From the NCBI GenBank assembly GCA_002269645.1, contig NIVC01000528.1:186001-250000 (forward strand): a DNA stretch of 64,000 bases, written 5' to 3'. Position numbers and translations under genes: made by a program. The notes below the pieces were generated by a model. That model was not told the DNA's origin and ran no database searches. It saw only the letters and a program-made list of their open reading frames with translations. Below are positions 33,201-44,801 of this stretch, in pieces. This DNA comes from Macrostomum lignano. Lineage: Eukaryota. Numbering within the stretch: the first letter of the stretch is position 1; each line of letters begins with the position of its first letter.

Positions 33201-36200
33201 CCTCCCTCTCTTCCCTTTCTCTCTCCCCTCTTCCTCTCCCCTCCCTCTCTTCCCTTTCTCTCTCTCCTCTTCCTCCCCCCCCTCTCTTCCCTTTCTCTCT
33301 CTCCTCTTCCTCTCCCCTCCCTCTCTTCCCTTTCTCTCTCTCCTCTTCCTCTCCCCCCTCTCTTCCCTTTCTCTCTCTCCTCTTCCTCTCCCCTCCCTCT
33401 CTTCCCTTGCTCTCTCTCCTCTTCCTCTCCCCTCCCTCTCTTCCCTTGCTCTCTCTCCTCTTCCTCTCCCCTCCCTCTCTTCCCTTGCTCTCTCTCCTCT
33501 TCCTCTCCCCCCTCTCTTCCCTTTCTCTCTCCCCTCTTCCACTCCCCTCCCTCTCTTCCCTTTCTCTCTCTCCTCTTCCTCTCCCCCCCTCTCTTCCCTT
33601 TCTCTCTCTCCTCTTCCTCTCCCCTCCCTCTCTTCCCTTGCTCTCTCTCCTCTTCCTCTCCCCTCCCTCTCTTCCCTTGCCCTCTGTCCTCTTCCTCTCC
33701 CCTTCCTCTCTTCCCTTTATCTCTCTCCTTTTCCTCTCCCCTCCCTCTCTTCCCTTGCTCTCTCTCTTCCTCTCCCCTCCTCTCCCTCTCCCATTCTCTC
33801 CCTCTACTTCTCTCGTGTCTCCTGTTGGACCTCTCTATTTTTGCATTTCAAACGTATTCTGTATTTACAAACTTGTCAGCACACTGGACTGTAAAGCACT
33901 GAAAACAGTTTTGTTGGTTGGAAGTCAGTCCAATTTAATAGTTTTCAATGTACTGTCCGTTTCAAATGTGTTAATCTTTGTTTTCAGTCGTAATTTTTTT
34001 CAGAAATCTGTAAGTACATTTTCCCTATGCAATTCTGTTAAAGCTTTCTGGTAGCGGAAACTAACATTAACTGTTATTGCGCACGACTCTACTAACAAGT
34101 AGCAACTGCAGATGTCTCAGCTCAACTCTCACCCCGTTATTGCTTCAGGAGCAGCTGCAGATTCAGTCCAGCGGCTCCAGCGAACCGCTGCACGTCCTGG
34201 CCGAGAGCATCTTCCCGAGGGTGAGACCTGCTCATCTCCATGGCTGTCTCTGGGGCTCTGATTTTAAAATTTTCAATCACTGAAGATAGCATCTGAGGCC
34301 CTGAGAATAGCATCTGAGCCCTTAAGGACGGCACATTGAGGCCTGTGAGGACAGCCCATTGAGGCCCCTGAGAACAACATTCTGAGGCCCCTGAAGATAG
34401 CACGTTCATTCCGCTTGAGGACAGCACTTTGTGGACCCTGATGACAATTTGAGGACCCTGAGGACAATTTGAGGACCATGAGGACAATTTGAGAACATTG
34501 AGGACAGCACGTTAAAGCCCCTGAGGACATCACATAGAGGCCCCTAAAGACAACGCATTGAGGATCCTGAGGACAACACTTTGTGGACCCTTTGGACAAC
34601 AATTTGAGGACCCTGAGGACAGCAAGTTAAGGCCCCTTAGGACATCATATAGAAGCCCCTGAAGACAACACATTGAGGACCCTGAGGACAGCACTCTGGA
34701 CCCTGAGGACAGCACTCTGGACCCTGAGGACAGCACTTTGTGGACCATGAGGACACCACGTTAAGGCCCCTGAGGACAGTATATTCAGGCCCCTGAAGAC
34801 AAGACATTGAGGACCCTGATGACAACACTTTGTGGACCCTGAGGACGACACTTTGTGGACCCTGAGGACAGCATATTGAGGAGTCTCTCCGCCCCCTCAT
34901 TCTCAACGCAGCTGCTCATCCCTGCAAAGGCTGCACCTGAGCAGCAGCCGCCGCAGCTGCACCAGGTCCGGCCAACAGTGCTGGAGGCGCAAGCGGACTC
35001 CGTGACGATCTCCAACGATCCGGCCGGCTTCGCCGACTCGCTGGCGGCCGCCATTTCTGCAGCCGACGCTTCAACCGGCGACTTCCCCGGCGATCCCGAC
35101 TTTGACTGGCTGCCGTTTCGCGTCGCATTGGCCGAGGCGGCGGCCTCCGCTGGCCCGGCGGCTCCACCATCCTCCGTGTGGCACCTCCGCTGCCCCCGGC
35201 TCTGGTGCGACTTTGCCGCGCCCGGCGCCGACGCCAGGAGGACGCGCCGCCAGCCCTGTCTGGATGCCGGGCGGGTCGATGCGTTCCTTGCCGCGGGCTC
35301 CTCGCCGGACTGCTTCGCCGTGCTGCTGGACCTGCCCTCCGACCCGGGCAGGGAGCTGCGGCTGGCTCTCACGCACCTGCAGTACCTGTTCCTGCTGCGC
35401 ATGGGCGAAGACTTCGCCGACTTTGCCGACTGCCTTCAGCGGGACCGGCGCGGCATGCGGCTGCCTGACCGGCCGCCCGGCCCCGTGGCCGCCGTCTGGT
35501 TGCCGATTCCCCGAGCCCGCCTGCGCCTCCTGCTGGACCCGGCCTGCCCGGCCAGCGCCTCGGACAGCTGCTGCTCCAGCTCGGCCAGCGGCGACTCGTC
35601 AGACGCCGACACCGACCCGGGCTCTGAGGACGCCGCCAGCTTCGCCCGGCAGGCCGTCAACAACAGCTGCTCGGCTGAGGGTCCGCCCGGCGCCCCCGCC
35701 TACGCCGCCTCCGCTCCCGTCGAGTTCCTCGTCTCCGGAGCTTCCTCGTCGCCTTCAACAGCTTCAGCTTCGTCGCCAAGCGCGTCGCCAATCGCAGTTG
35801 CTAGGCAACAGCAACATCATCATCAGCAGCAGCAGCAGTCCAATGCGCCTCAACAGTTTGTAGAGCGCCTTGGCCGCCGCTTGGTTGCCAGTGCAAAGCA
35901 CCGGGTTGGTTGCTTCAGCCTTTCCATGGAATTTAAGCTATTTGCTTACTACACTACTGAGCAGGAGCTTCAGTAGTGTGATGATTTTTAGATATAACTT
36001 TCGCTCCGCAACCCCTGGTTCCGAAAACTGAACCTCTGAAGTATCATAAATCTTGCAGGGCTCGGCGGCCAGCTTAGACAGCGGCGGCTCCGACGTTGGC
36101 GACGACTGGGAGCGGGTCTCCGTGTCCAGCGACGACCTCAGCGCCAGCGAGGTTCAGCAGCGTCGCCTGCAGCTGCTCGAAGAGGCCGAGGCCGCCGCTC

Positions 36201-38784
36201 AGGCCGCCGCCCAGGCCGGCGCCTGCCTGGCCGTGCCCGGTCTGTCTGCGGCCGACAACGTCGACAATGACGAGGACGAAGATGAGACAACCGGCGGAGG
36301 CGGCGGCGGCGGCTCGGAGGTGCGGCTGCCCAGCCTGACTGGCGGCCTGCTGGGCTCCAGCGTGCTGGTGACTGTGGACCACGCGGGCTCGCTGGTGCGC
36401 ATCGCCTCCCGCCGGGTCGGCCTGGCCGCAGCCGACGACGCCAATTCGAGAGTCGCATTGAGCGCCGCGCTGACAGCCCGGCAGCCGCGTGTCGACGTTC
36501 TGGACGACCTCGGCAGCGGCGACGGTCTCCAAGCCGAACCGGCGCGGCTTCGGGTTCGTGTCTATATTGATGAGGCGCGGACGCTGGAGGATCCGGGCAA
36601 CAGCGAGGTGTTCGTCCAGGCGGCCGACTTGTCCCTGTCAGCTGGGCTGTCCGTGCTGGCCGGCCTTGGCGACTTCTTCGAGGACGAGAAGCTGCTGCCG
36701 GCCCTGCCGATGCGCCTGCTTGTGGAGGCCGTCAAGGCGGAGCTTGTGGTAAGCGAAGGGCGCGGCGCATTGTGTGTCACTCATTGACTCCTTGGGGCAC
36801 CCCTTTTGTCACTCCCGATGGCACTCCTTTTGTCACTCCCGATGGCACTCCTTTTGTCACTCCCTATGGCACTCCTTTTGTCACTCCCTATGGCACTCCT
36901 TTTGTCACTCCCGATGGCACTCCTTTTGTCACCACCGATGGCACTCCTTTTGTCACCCCGATGGCACCCCTTTTGTCACTCCCGATGGCACTCCTTTTGT
37001 CACCCCCGATGGCACTCCTTTTGTCACCCCGATGGCACCCCTTTTGTCACTCCCGATGGCACTCCTTTTGTCACCCCCGATGGCACTCCCTGTGACACTC
37101 CCTGTGACACTTTCTGTAGCACTCCCTGTGACACTTTCTGTAGCACTCTCAGTGGCACTCCCAGTGGCACTCCCAGTAGCACTCCCTGTAGCACTCCCTG
37201 TAGTACTCCCAGTGGCACTCCCTGTAGCACTCCCAGTCCCTGTCGCACTCCCAGTGGCACTCCCTGTAGCACTCCCAGTCCCTGTCGCACTCCCAGTGGC
37301 ACTCCCAGTGGCACTCTCTGTGACACTGCTCTGCCCGATATCACATCTTAGTCTAAAATTGTCTGTAGTTCGTGAGCAAAGTAATAAATACCCTTGTCTA
37401 TCTCCTGCACCAATAACACTGCATGCTACAACACAATTTTAATTCGCCATAACTTAATCTAAAGTATTGGCCCCTGTTAGCCAGAATCAGTACCTGATAT
37501 CGTGTTCAACTCGCGCCTGGCTGGGCAATAACCATTGTAGCGGCAATGGGGGACTGCTTATTGGCAAGGCTGTAACTCAATATCAAGGCGGTTCTTTGCC
37601 CGCAAAGCTGGAGAAGCAGGTGCACGAGAGCGGTGGGGGTCATAGAAATGTCACGGTGTGGACTAAATCATTTTTTAAATCGAATATAGAGGTCCTGAGA
37701 TCGATTTCTATTCAACCACTGGAGAGTGTCCGTTTACTAAATTCAGTTCCTTTTCACCCCATATTGCGAATCCCATTCACCCCATATTGTGAATCCCATT
37801 CACCCATATTGCAAATCCCATTCACCCATATTGCAATTCTCATTCACCCATATTGCAAATCCCATTCACCCATATTGCAATTCTCATTCACCCATATTGC
37901 AAATCCCATTCACCCATATTGCAATTCTCATTCACCCATATTGCAAATCCCATTCACCCATATTGCAATTCTCATTCACCCATATTGCAAATCCCATTCA
38001 CCCATATTGCAATTCTCATTCACCCATATTGCAAATCCCATTCACCCATATTGCAATTCTCATTCACCCACTGCAGTCCGACCAGCCCTGTCTGAACGCC
38101 ACCTGCCCCGGCGAGCACCCGTCAGTCCAGCTGGAGGCTCCCGGCTGCCTCTCCATGCTGCGTGGAACGGACAATGTCATGCGGATTGTTGGTGAGGCTA
38201 AACGCTGAAAATGGGTCATAGATATGGGTCATCATGGAGATTCAAAATGGGCCATGTAGTTGCAGAATGGGTCATGGAGATTCAGGATGGGTCATGGAGA
38301 TTCAGAATGGGTCATGGAGGTTCAGAATGGGTCATGGAGATTCAGAATGGGTCATGGAGTTGCAGAATGGGTCATGGAGATTCAGGATGGGTCATGGAGT
38401 TGCAGAATGGGTCATGGAGTTGCAGAATGGGTCATGGAGATTCAGGATGGGTCATGGAGTTGCAGAATGGGTCATGGAGTTGCAGAATGGGTCATGGAGT
38501 TGCAGAATGGGTCATGGAGTTGCAGAATGGGTCATGGAGATTCAGGATGGGTCATGAGCTGTCAATTTCGCCCTAACTTTTCAGTTCCCACGGACCAGCC
38601 CAGACCAGACTCAGTCTGCAGCAGCTGCTTAAAGCAGAACAAGCAGCAGAAGCAGAGCCAGGCAGCGGACTCAGATGAGCTGGCCAAGCGGTTGGCTCGC
38701 TGCCAAGCCGAGCTGGCGGCCGTCAGGGCTGAGCGGGACGACCTGCTCAGGCGGCTTGGCAGCAGCGAATCGTCGAGATTGTAA
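18222..38784 (+). CDS. BLTP3: Bridge-like lipid transfer protein family 3 (UHRF1BP1/UHRF1BP1L/SHIP164 homolog), 13 exons, ~1215 aa
   Basis: Exons 18222-18280, 19404-19803, 20379-20604, 21445-21608, 23204-23429, 24851-24943, 25416-25718, 32364-32470, 34149-34220, 34912-35904, 36059-36748, 38077-38191, 38585-38784; all GT-AG with matching phases. Chorein-N-type start ILHYLSRFAKNLSPEHLKLSFVKGEGELTNLELNEE...LDLPTWL, then VRLITNTSRIRLT, LDDLLWVLTVSQL, ETSYHL and a C-terminal coiled coil, matching the family as I recall it. Confidence 0.93.
20085..20365. repeat. Degenerate ~23-bp minisatellite ATCCCTAATCCCATGATCATCAG (BLTP3 intron 2)
   Basis: Tandem units ending just before the acceptor at 20378. 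Confidence 0.9.
20750..21240. repeat. 14-bp CCCTGCCCTCTCAT array grading into C/T low complexity (BLTP3 intron 3)
   Basis: Directly visible. Confidence 0.93.
21655..23115. repeat. 24-bp minisatellite with two variant blocks, CACTCCATATACCACTGTGAGAGT then CACTCAATAAACCACTGTGAGAAT (BLTP3 intron 4)
   Basis: About 60 tandem copies; the variant switch is near 22545. Confidence 0.98.
23465..24770. repeat. 21-bp minisatellite GAGCCCTACTGGTCTCTGTCT (BLTP3 intron 5)
   Basis: About 60 tandem copies; source of the (SEPYWSL)n and (QRPVGLR)n ORFs. Confidence 0.98.
24985..25400. repeat. AT-rich degenerate ~22-bp repeat ATCAATCATCATTAAATCACC (BLTP3 intron 6)
   Basis: Directly visible. Confidence 0.9.
25740..26070. 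repeat. 23-bp minisatellite GAGGACTCTGTAGGGTTGAGATT, left part (resumes at 32206-32300 after the LINE)
   Basis: Same unit on both sides of the LINE. Confidence 0.95.
26167..30156 (-). pseudogene. LINE ORF2 (APE endonuclease, reverse transcriptase, RNase H), disrupted
   Basis: QINLQH, IQEPW, GDLNAHH, SDH (endonuclease); PGPDG, FRPISL, PQGGVL, YADD, LGVTLD (RT); YTDGSK, WVPGHVGIRGNELAD (RNase H); CSFC...ETAEHF...C. Lesions: in-frame TAG at 29452-29454, a 204-bp insertion with 56-bp duplication at 28237-28552, and a frameshift near 27370. Confidence 0.93.
30180..31745 (-). CDS. LINE ORF1 (gag-like protein)
   Basis: Open 521-aa frame immediately upstream of the endonuclease: basic/Ala-rich N-terminus, globular core (LLRLNPDLPASGL...SIVLGL) and acidic Ser-rich C-terminus. 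Confidence 0.8.
   Translation of the reverse strand: MERPGGYRAPLRVAHQPLSWPSSRLWITKLFLGTGTLLNPNLSPKDRPALLADPNRLIQLWQRKDRLALLADPTRATKLKMPAGGSKGTASSEPKGPAKSGRSDEAQRARLERKRAKQRAKRQAKQGAAGAKAAASTMDAEATGVPRQPGGPAGGSSSSSAAALSGDAAAAAEAETTAQQMATANKEVPSGATFAAKAKAKIPGVIIQGRDQDWTTDQLQKVWSAVDSYLIGLTVEEGISIGIERMVLRSTFVLIAPSSEEDTQQLLQRLPTVSLDADLGGALFLREGQRPKTIPYVVFVPAKSTAAGPDVIRRVLLRLNPDLPASGLVYHRKVRRGETGNSIVLGLSSTWASRYPNGSSFQLGALKLKMRRGKSAKGKATANPGISGKSGAQSKAQGKAQADPKAKAASRPSASSSSATAVTAPAKPREPNLPVGEGVEDEAGSSESELSSATLVGSEVKDADEEASSILSSEPEDSAGGGGAVRVRRPWTSTNSHLPVKPQRPGTRTICCPSLLDGPGL
32915..33815. repeat. C/T low-complexity repeat (BLTP3 intron 8)
   Basis: Directly visible; near-pure pyrimidine on the sense strand. 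Confidence 0.95.
34280..34880. repeat. Degenerate repeat built on GAGGACCCTGAGGACA (BLTP3 intron 9)
   Basis: Recurrent CCCTGAGGACA(G/A)CAC motif. Confidence 0.85.
36790..37325. repeat. 24-bp CACTCCTTTTGTCACTCCCGATGG array followed by shorter GCACTCCC-based repeats (BLTP3 intron 11)
   Basis: Directly visible. Confidence 0.92.
37750..38070. repeat. 22-bp repeat with alternating variants, giving a 44-bp higher-order unit (BLTP3 intron 11)
   Basis: CCCATTCACCCATATTGCAAAT alternates with CTCATTCACCCATATTGCAATT and runs into the acceptor at 38076. Confidence 0.94.
38205..38555. repeat. 20-bp minisatellite GAATGGGTCATGGAG(ATTCA/TTGCA) (BLTP3 intron 12)
   Basis: Fills almost the whole intron. Confidence 0.96.
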
Positions 38785-39834
38785 CGGCGTTGCCATAACT
38801 ACCGAATGTTTTTAATCGCGTTTTTTTAATTGCAGATTTTAAGGCAGCCTAGCAATCCACTCATCTAGGCCGTGTGAGTAAAGTGAGTGCTTGTGTGTTC
38901 AGGAGTCTGGCATGGGCGGAATTAGGGAATCGCTTCAGTGCTGGTTTGACTGTCTATGGCAAATCCTCACTTACTGCTATGCTTTAAACTCGGATCTGTT
39001 GATTGTACATATCGCCAACTCTGTCAGCATAATCCGCTAACTGCAGTAAATTCAATAATTCTTTTGCCTGTGTTTTTTGCATTCAGCTCAATATTGATAG
39101 CTCATCTAACATATCGATATCATTTTCTAACAAATTGTATTATCTTCCTATCTGAAGTCAGAGTTTATTGTGGCCCAATTTTTTAAAATTTTTTTTACAG
39201 TTGAACTTCAATTGGTAATTCTGTGATCGTTTATAACTAATTCAGTTGTCTGCTTTTCACACAACGACTGCATGCTGAACTTCTGCACTCTTATTTATTC
39301 GTTGGTCACTGGGGCATGTTTGCGGGCTCTCTGGTGTAATGCAAGGACCTCTGAAGTGCGCCGGGAAGCATCAATCAAATATCAAATTTGTCTGCACTTG
39401 AGAAGTCTAGAGAAGTGTTTTATGTTGTGCTAAGAACTAAAGGAACAAAATAAGTACGTGGCAACGTTAATTAGCTACGTACTAACCGCTGCCGACTCTG
39501 CTTAACCGGCATGTGCTGGCGGTGATCGGGGTAGTACACTAGGCTAACATTCTTTAAGTACAATATGCGGTCCTTGCTGTAGTTTTTATTTCTAACATTT
39601 GGCTAAAATGTACTTCTCAAATTTCTGAAAAATTCCAAATAATGACCGGAATTAAAGAGTGACTTATCGAACTAACAATTTTTTAACTCTTCTTGAAGAT
39701 CTTCAAGATTTGATTCGATAATTTTGCGGTCTTACTGCGTTTTGTCATTTATTTGATTTTATACAAACTCTGCTTATCGTCCTGGCATTCTCATGTACAC
39801 CCCAGAGTTCTCGTCGACACCATGACGCCCCTCT

Positions 39835-40315
39835 AGAGACACTGGCATTCCCATAGACATCATGGCATTCCAGTAGACATCATCGCATTCCCATAGACAT
39901 GACATTCCCATAGACACCCTGACATTCCCATATACATCATGAAATTCCCATAGACAGCATGGCATTCCCATAGACAAAATGACATTCCCATAGACACCAT
40001 GAAATTCCTATAGACACCCTGACATTCCCATAGACACCATGAAATTCCCATAGACACTCTGACATTCCCATATACATCATGAAATTCCCATAGACATCAT
40101 GGCATTCCTATAGACATCATGGGATTCCCATAGACATCCTGCCATTCCCATACACATCATGACATTCCCATAAACACCCTGGCATTCCCATAAACATCAT
40201 GGAATTCCCATAGACACCCTGACATTCCCATAGACACCCTGACATTCCTATAGACATCATGGGATTCCTATAGACATCATGGGATTCCCACAGACACCGT
40301 GCCATTTCTCTAGAC
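39835..40315. repeat. Degenerate 20-bp minisatellite CATTCCCATAGACA(C/T)CATGA
   Basis: Directly visible. Confidence 0.92.
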
Positions 40316-40744
40316 ACACTGTCTCAACCTAACTATCACGCAATCCCCTAGGCGAAGAAAAGCATTCCAGGAAATCGCATCAGCGATATTTCACCCCCTC
40401 CAAAGATTCGGCTTTTCGCGTGTGTGCAGCAGGTTGAAATGGAAAGCAATATTTTGTCCACACTTAAAAGCTTTTAAAATATTTAACTCAGCAGGGCCTG
40501 ATAAATTCAGTTAATTCTCTTCTTCGTGTTGGTTAGTTTTTAAGAAAATTTGGGGATGAATTTGTGATCAAACCGGTCAATCTTCGTTTAAATGTCAAGT
40601 TTTATTGCACTCTTCTTACTCATTTTTGGCGCGACACAATTTCCAGACAGTGCTTCAGTCTGCGGCCTGGAGCAGACAGGGGTCTTGAATTTTTTATTTC
40701 TAGGGCCAGATACTCGTAAAGAATCATGCCTGCTGGCCTGATCA

Positions 40745-42070
40745 GAGGGGAAAGGAGAGGGAATAGAGAGGAGAGAGAAGAGGAACGAAAAGATGAGAGA
40801 CGGGGTGAGAAAGGAAATGAGATGAAAGGGGAATGTGAGAGAAGAGGAGAGAAGAGAGAAGTGAGAAAAGAATAAAGGACAGAGGACGGAAGCGAAGGAG
40901 GAGAGAACAGAGGAGAGATGAGACAAAAGGAGAGGAAAGGCGAAATGAAAAAAGAGGGGACAGGAGAGGAGGGGAGATGAGAAGAGAAAAGAAGAAGAGT
41001 GGAGAGGAGAGAAAAGAGGAGGGGAGAGAAGAGAGAACAGGAGAGAAGAGAAGAGAAGAAACAACTGGAGGGGAGAGAAGAGAAGAGACAAGAGGAGGGG
41101 AGAGGAGAGAAGAAACAAGTGGAGGGGAGAGAAGAGAAGAGACAAGAGGAGGGGAGAGGAGAGAAGAAACAAGTGGAGGGGAGAGAAGAGAAGAGACAAG
41201 AGGAGGGGAGAGGAGAGAAGAAACAAGTGGAGGGGAGAGAAGAGAAGAGACAAGAGGAGGGGAGAGGAGAGAAGAAACAAGTGGAGGGGAGAGAAGAGAA
41301 GAGACAAGAGGAGGGGAGAGGAGAGAAGAAACAAGAGGAGGGGAGAGAAGAGAAGAGACAAGAGGAGGGGAGAGAAGAGAAGAAACAAGTGGAGGGGAGA
41401 GAAGAGAAGAGACAAGAGGAGGGGAGAGAAGAGAAGAGACAAGAGGATGGGAGAGAAGAGAAGAAACAAGTGGAGGGGAGAGAAGAGAAGAAACAAGTGG
41501 AGGGGAGAGAAGAGAAGAAACAAGTGGAGGGGAGAGAAGAGAAGAGACAAGAGGAGGGGAGAGAAGAGAAGAAACAAGTGGAGGGGAGAGAAGAGAAGAG
41601 ACAAGAGGATGGGAGAGAAGAGAAGAGACAAGAGGAGGGGAGAGAAGAGAAGAAACAAGTGGAGGGGAGAGAAGAGAAGAGACAAGAGGAGGGGAGAGGA
41701 GAGAAAAGAGGAGGGAGAGGAGAGAAAAGAGGAGGGGAGAGGAGGGAGAGGAGAGAAGAGACAAGAGGAGGGGAGAGGAGAGAAAAGAGGAGGGAGAGGA
41801 GAGAAAAGAGGAGGGGAGAGGAGGGAGAGGAGAGAAGAGACAAGAGGAGGGGAGAGAAGAGAAGAAACAAGTGGAGGGGAGAGAAGAGAAGAGACAAGAG
41901 GAGGGGAGAGGAGAGAAAAGAGGAGGGAGAGGAGAGAAAAGAGGAGGGAGAGGAGAGAAAAGAGGAGGGGGGAAGAGAGGAAAGGAGAGGAAAGAAGACG
42001 AGAAGAGAAAAGAGAGAAGAGGAGGGGAGAGGAGATGAGAGGAGGGAGAGGAGGTAAAAGAGAGAAGAGA
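40745..42070. repeat. G/A-rich low-complexity and 30-bp repeats
   Basis: AGAAGAGAAGAAACAAGTGGAGGGG-type units; source of several spurious ORFs. Confidence 0.96.
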
Positions 42071-42666
42071 CACAAAACATTGAGCGGGCCGGATTGCTAT
42101 TGTGCAGCTACAAAGGACCCTAGGGCCGGATAGGGAGGCTTTGCGAGCCGGAGTTTGCGAACCCTTGACCTACATGTGGAGTCTAGAAACACACTACAAT
42201 ATGATTATATTGTAATGAATGTGAGTCAACGGAAAATAAACCAGTCTGTGACTGCTAATGGAGTTTGCGACCATCGGGTGAACAAATTTATTCATTGGTG
42301 CCTGTAGCTCTGAAATAGCTGACAGCAGTCCTTTTTGATTCGAAAATGATGGCGCTTGAAGGAGCAAAGCGTCCATAATTTACTTGACGCTTTTCGAAGT
42401 TCAAATTTAGAGGGGCAGTGGTGCATTTTTTGGGCTTGCACGTACGTGTCCGAGGGCTGCGGTTTGACTGTCACCTTAATTGGTGGCACAGTGCTCAAAG
42501 CCGGTTGGTTGAGCCTAACTAATAAACTGCTTCCAAAATTTGTGACTTTACAACACAGCCAGTGACAGCGTGACATACAGACTGTAACAGCACAGGCAGT
42601 GACATCACAGCCAGTGACAGCACAGCCAGTGACAGCACAGCTAGTGACAGTCCAAGTCCGTCCTCG

Positions 42667-44801
42667 TCACTCTGTCCCACACTTCAGCAGCGCCAGCAGC
42701 GCAGTCTGGGCGACCGCGTTGCCCATCACCGTGGCGACAGTCCAGAGCCGCTCCGCTGCTGCCGCGACCGGCGAGCCGCCGCTGTCGGAGACGGCCAGGC
42801 AGGCGCTGGCCAGAGCGGCAGCGGCGGCTCCGGAGGTGGCGGCCAGGGCGGCCAGCGTGCCGCGCCGCTCATGAGCCGCGTGGACGGTGGCGCGACGGTA
42901 GACGCAGAAATTTCCAACGGCGCCGCCCGGCTTCGCCGCCGAGGCCGAAGACGCCCCGCTAGAGGAGTCAGCGGACAGGAACCGGCGGAAGAGAGCGGTG
43001 ACGGTGGCGAAGTTCACAGCCAGCACCGCTAGGCTAGGCAGGACTTGGCTCAGTGCCAGGTTCGCGTAGACCGCCGCGGTGCGGGCCGCCAACCAGGCTG
43101 AGTTTGACGCCAGGGTCTCGTTTCTGAGAGTTCGGGTTGCTGAGACTGTAGTTCGGACTGCCCCTCCGACATCCTCAGCTGCAGGCCAGCCTCCCAGATC
43201 CTTGATTGCTGGGCCAGCCTCCCAGATCCTCGGTTGCTTGGCCAGCCTCTCAGATCCTCAGTTGCTAGGCCAGCCTCCCAGATCCTCGGTTGCTGGGTCA
43301 GCCTCCCAGATCCTCACTTGCTAGGCCAGCCTCCCAGATCCTCAGTTGCTAGGCCAGCCTCCCAGATCCTCACTTGCTAGGCCAGCCTTTCAGATCCTCA
43401 CTTGCTAGGCCAGCCTCCCAGATCCTCACTTGCTAGGCCAGCCTCCCAGATCCTCACTTGCTAGGCCAGCCTCCCAGATCCTCGGTTGCTGGGCCAGCCT
43501 CCCAGATCCTCACTTGCTAGGCCAGCCTCCCAGATCCTCACTTGCTAGGCCAGCCTTTCAGATCCTCAGTTGCTGGGCCAGCCTCCCAGATCCTCGATTG
43601 CTGGGCCAGCCTCCCAGATCCTCGGTTGCTTGGCCAGCCTCTCAGATCCTCAGTTGCTAGGCCAGCCTCCCAGATCCTCGGTTGCTGGGTCAGCCTCCCA
43701 GATCCTCACTTGCTAGGCCAGCCTCCCAGATCCTCAGTTGCTAGGCCAGTCTCCCAGATCCTCACTTGCTAGGCCAGCCTTTCAGATCCTCAGTTGCTGG
43801 GCCAGCCTCCCAGATCCTCGGTTGCTGGGCCAGCCTCCCAGATCCTCGGTTGCTGGGCCAGCCTCTCAGATCCTCAGTTGCTAGGCCAGCCTCCCAGATC
43901 CTCGGTTGCTGGGCCAGCCTCCCAGATCCTCACTTGCTAGGCCAGCCTTTCAGATCCTCACTTGCTAGGCCAGCCTCCCAGATCCTCACTTACTAGGCCA
44001 GCCTCCCAGATCCTCACTTGCTAGGCCAGCCTCCCAGATCCTCACTTGCTAGGCCAGCCTTTCAGATCCTCAGTTGCTGGGCCAGCCTCCCAGATCCTCG
44101 GTTGCTGGGCCAGTCTCCCAGATCCCCAGTTACTGGGCCAGCCTCACAAATCCTCAGCTGCTAGGCCAGATCCCCACGTCCTCAGTTGGTGGGCCAGCCT
44201 CCCAGAGTGTCAGTTGCTAGGCCCACAAATCCATATCTCTAGGCATCGTACTTATAAACTACCTGATTTCGCAGCCGGCTTCGCCGATCTCAAACTTCGC
44301 GCCCACCTCAGTCGTCATGGCAACCGCAGCAGTTCCAACCGTAGCGGCCAGGGTTGCCAGGCAACGCCGAGGCGTCAGGGCAGCCCGCCCGGCCGGCAGT
44401 CCGCCGCAGTGGTGGGCGCAGCGCTCGGCCGAGATGACGGCGGCCGCGTGCAGCACGGTGACCAGCAGGACGGCCAGCACCGGGCCGCCGTCCGCCGACA
44501 GGCAGGCGCAGGCGATGGAGAGCCCAGCCTCCGCCAGCCAGCCGCCTGCGCTGCCAGCCGGCAGGAGGAGCCGCTGCAGCGAGTTTTCGACGACGGCCTC
44601 CGAGTCGCTGCCGCCAATCGCGAGATCCGTGGCGCTGCCGGCAACGAAGACGGCGGAGGCGAGCAGGCCGGCCGCGAGCTGCGCTGTCACCGAGGCGGGG
44701 GCGCCAGAGCTCCCTGCCCGATGGCGCAGCACCAGGATGCCGCAGTGCAGCAGCAGGGACAGCAAGGACAGGAGCAGCTGGACAGCCGCTGTGGCGGTCA
44801 T
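42667..44801 (-). CDS. Divergent rhodopsin-like 7TM receptor, about 331 aa, at least 2 exons
   Basis: Exon 44801-44263 (donor AG|GTAGTT, phase 2) plus exon 43123-42667 (acceptor CTCTCAG). Seven hydrophobic segments, ISAERC at the end of TM3 (E/DRY-like), an ECL2 Cys (GCEIRNET) and VLPSLAVLAVN in TM5. The C-terminus may be spliced further. Confidence 0.68.
43170..44220. repeat. 28-bp minisatellite GGCCAGCCTCCCAGATCCTC(A/G)(C/G)TTGCT(A/G) in the receptor intron
   Basis: About 37 tandem copies. Confidence 0.97.

Noticed and set aside
34785-36780. Multiple antisense and alternative-frame ORFs over BLTP3 exons 10-11
   Set aside because: Shadow ORFs expected in very GC-rich coding sequence.
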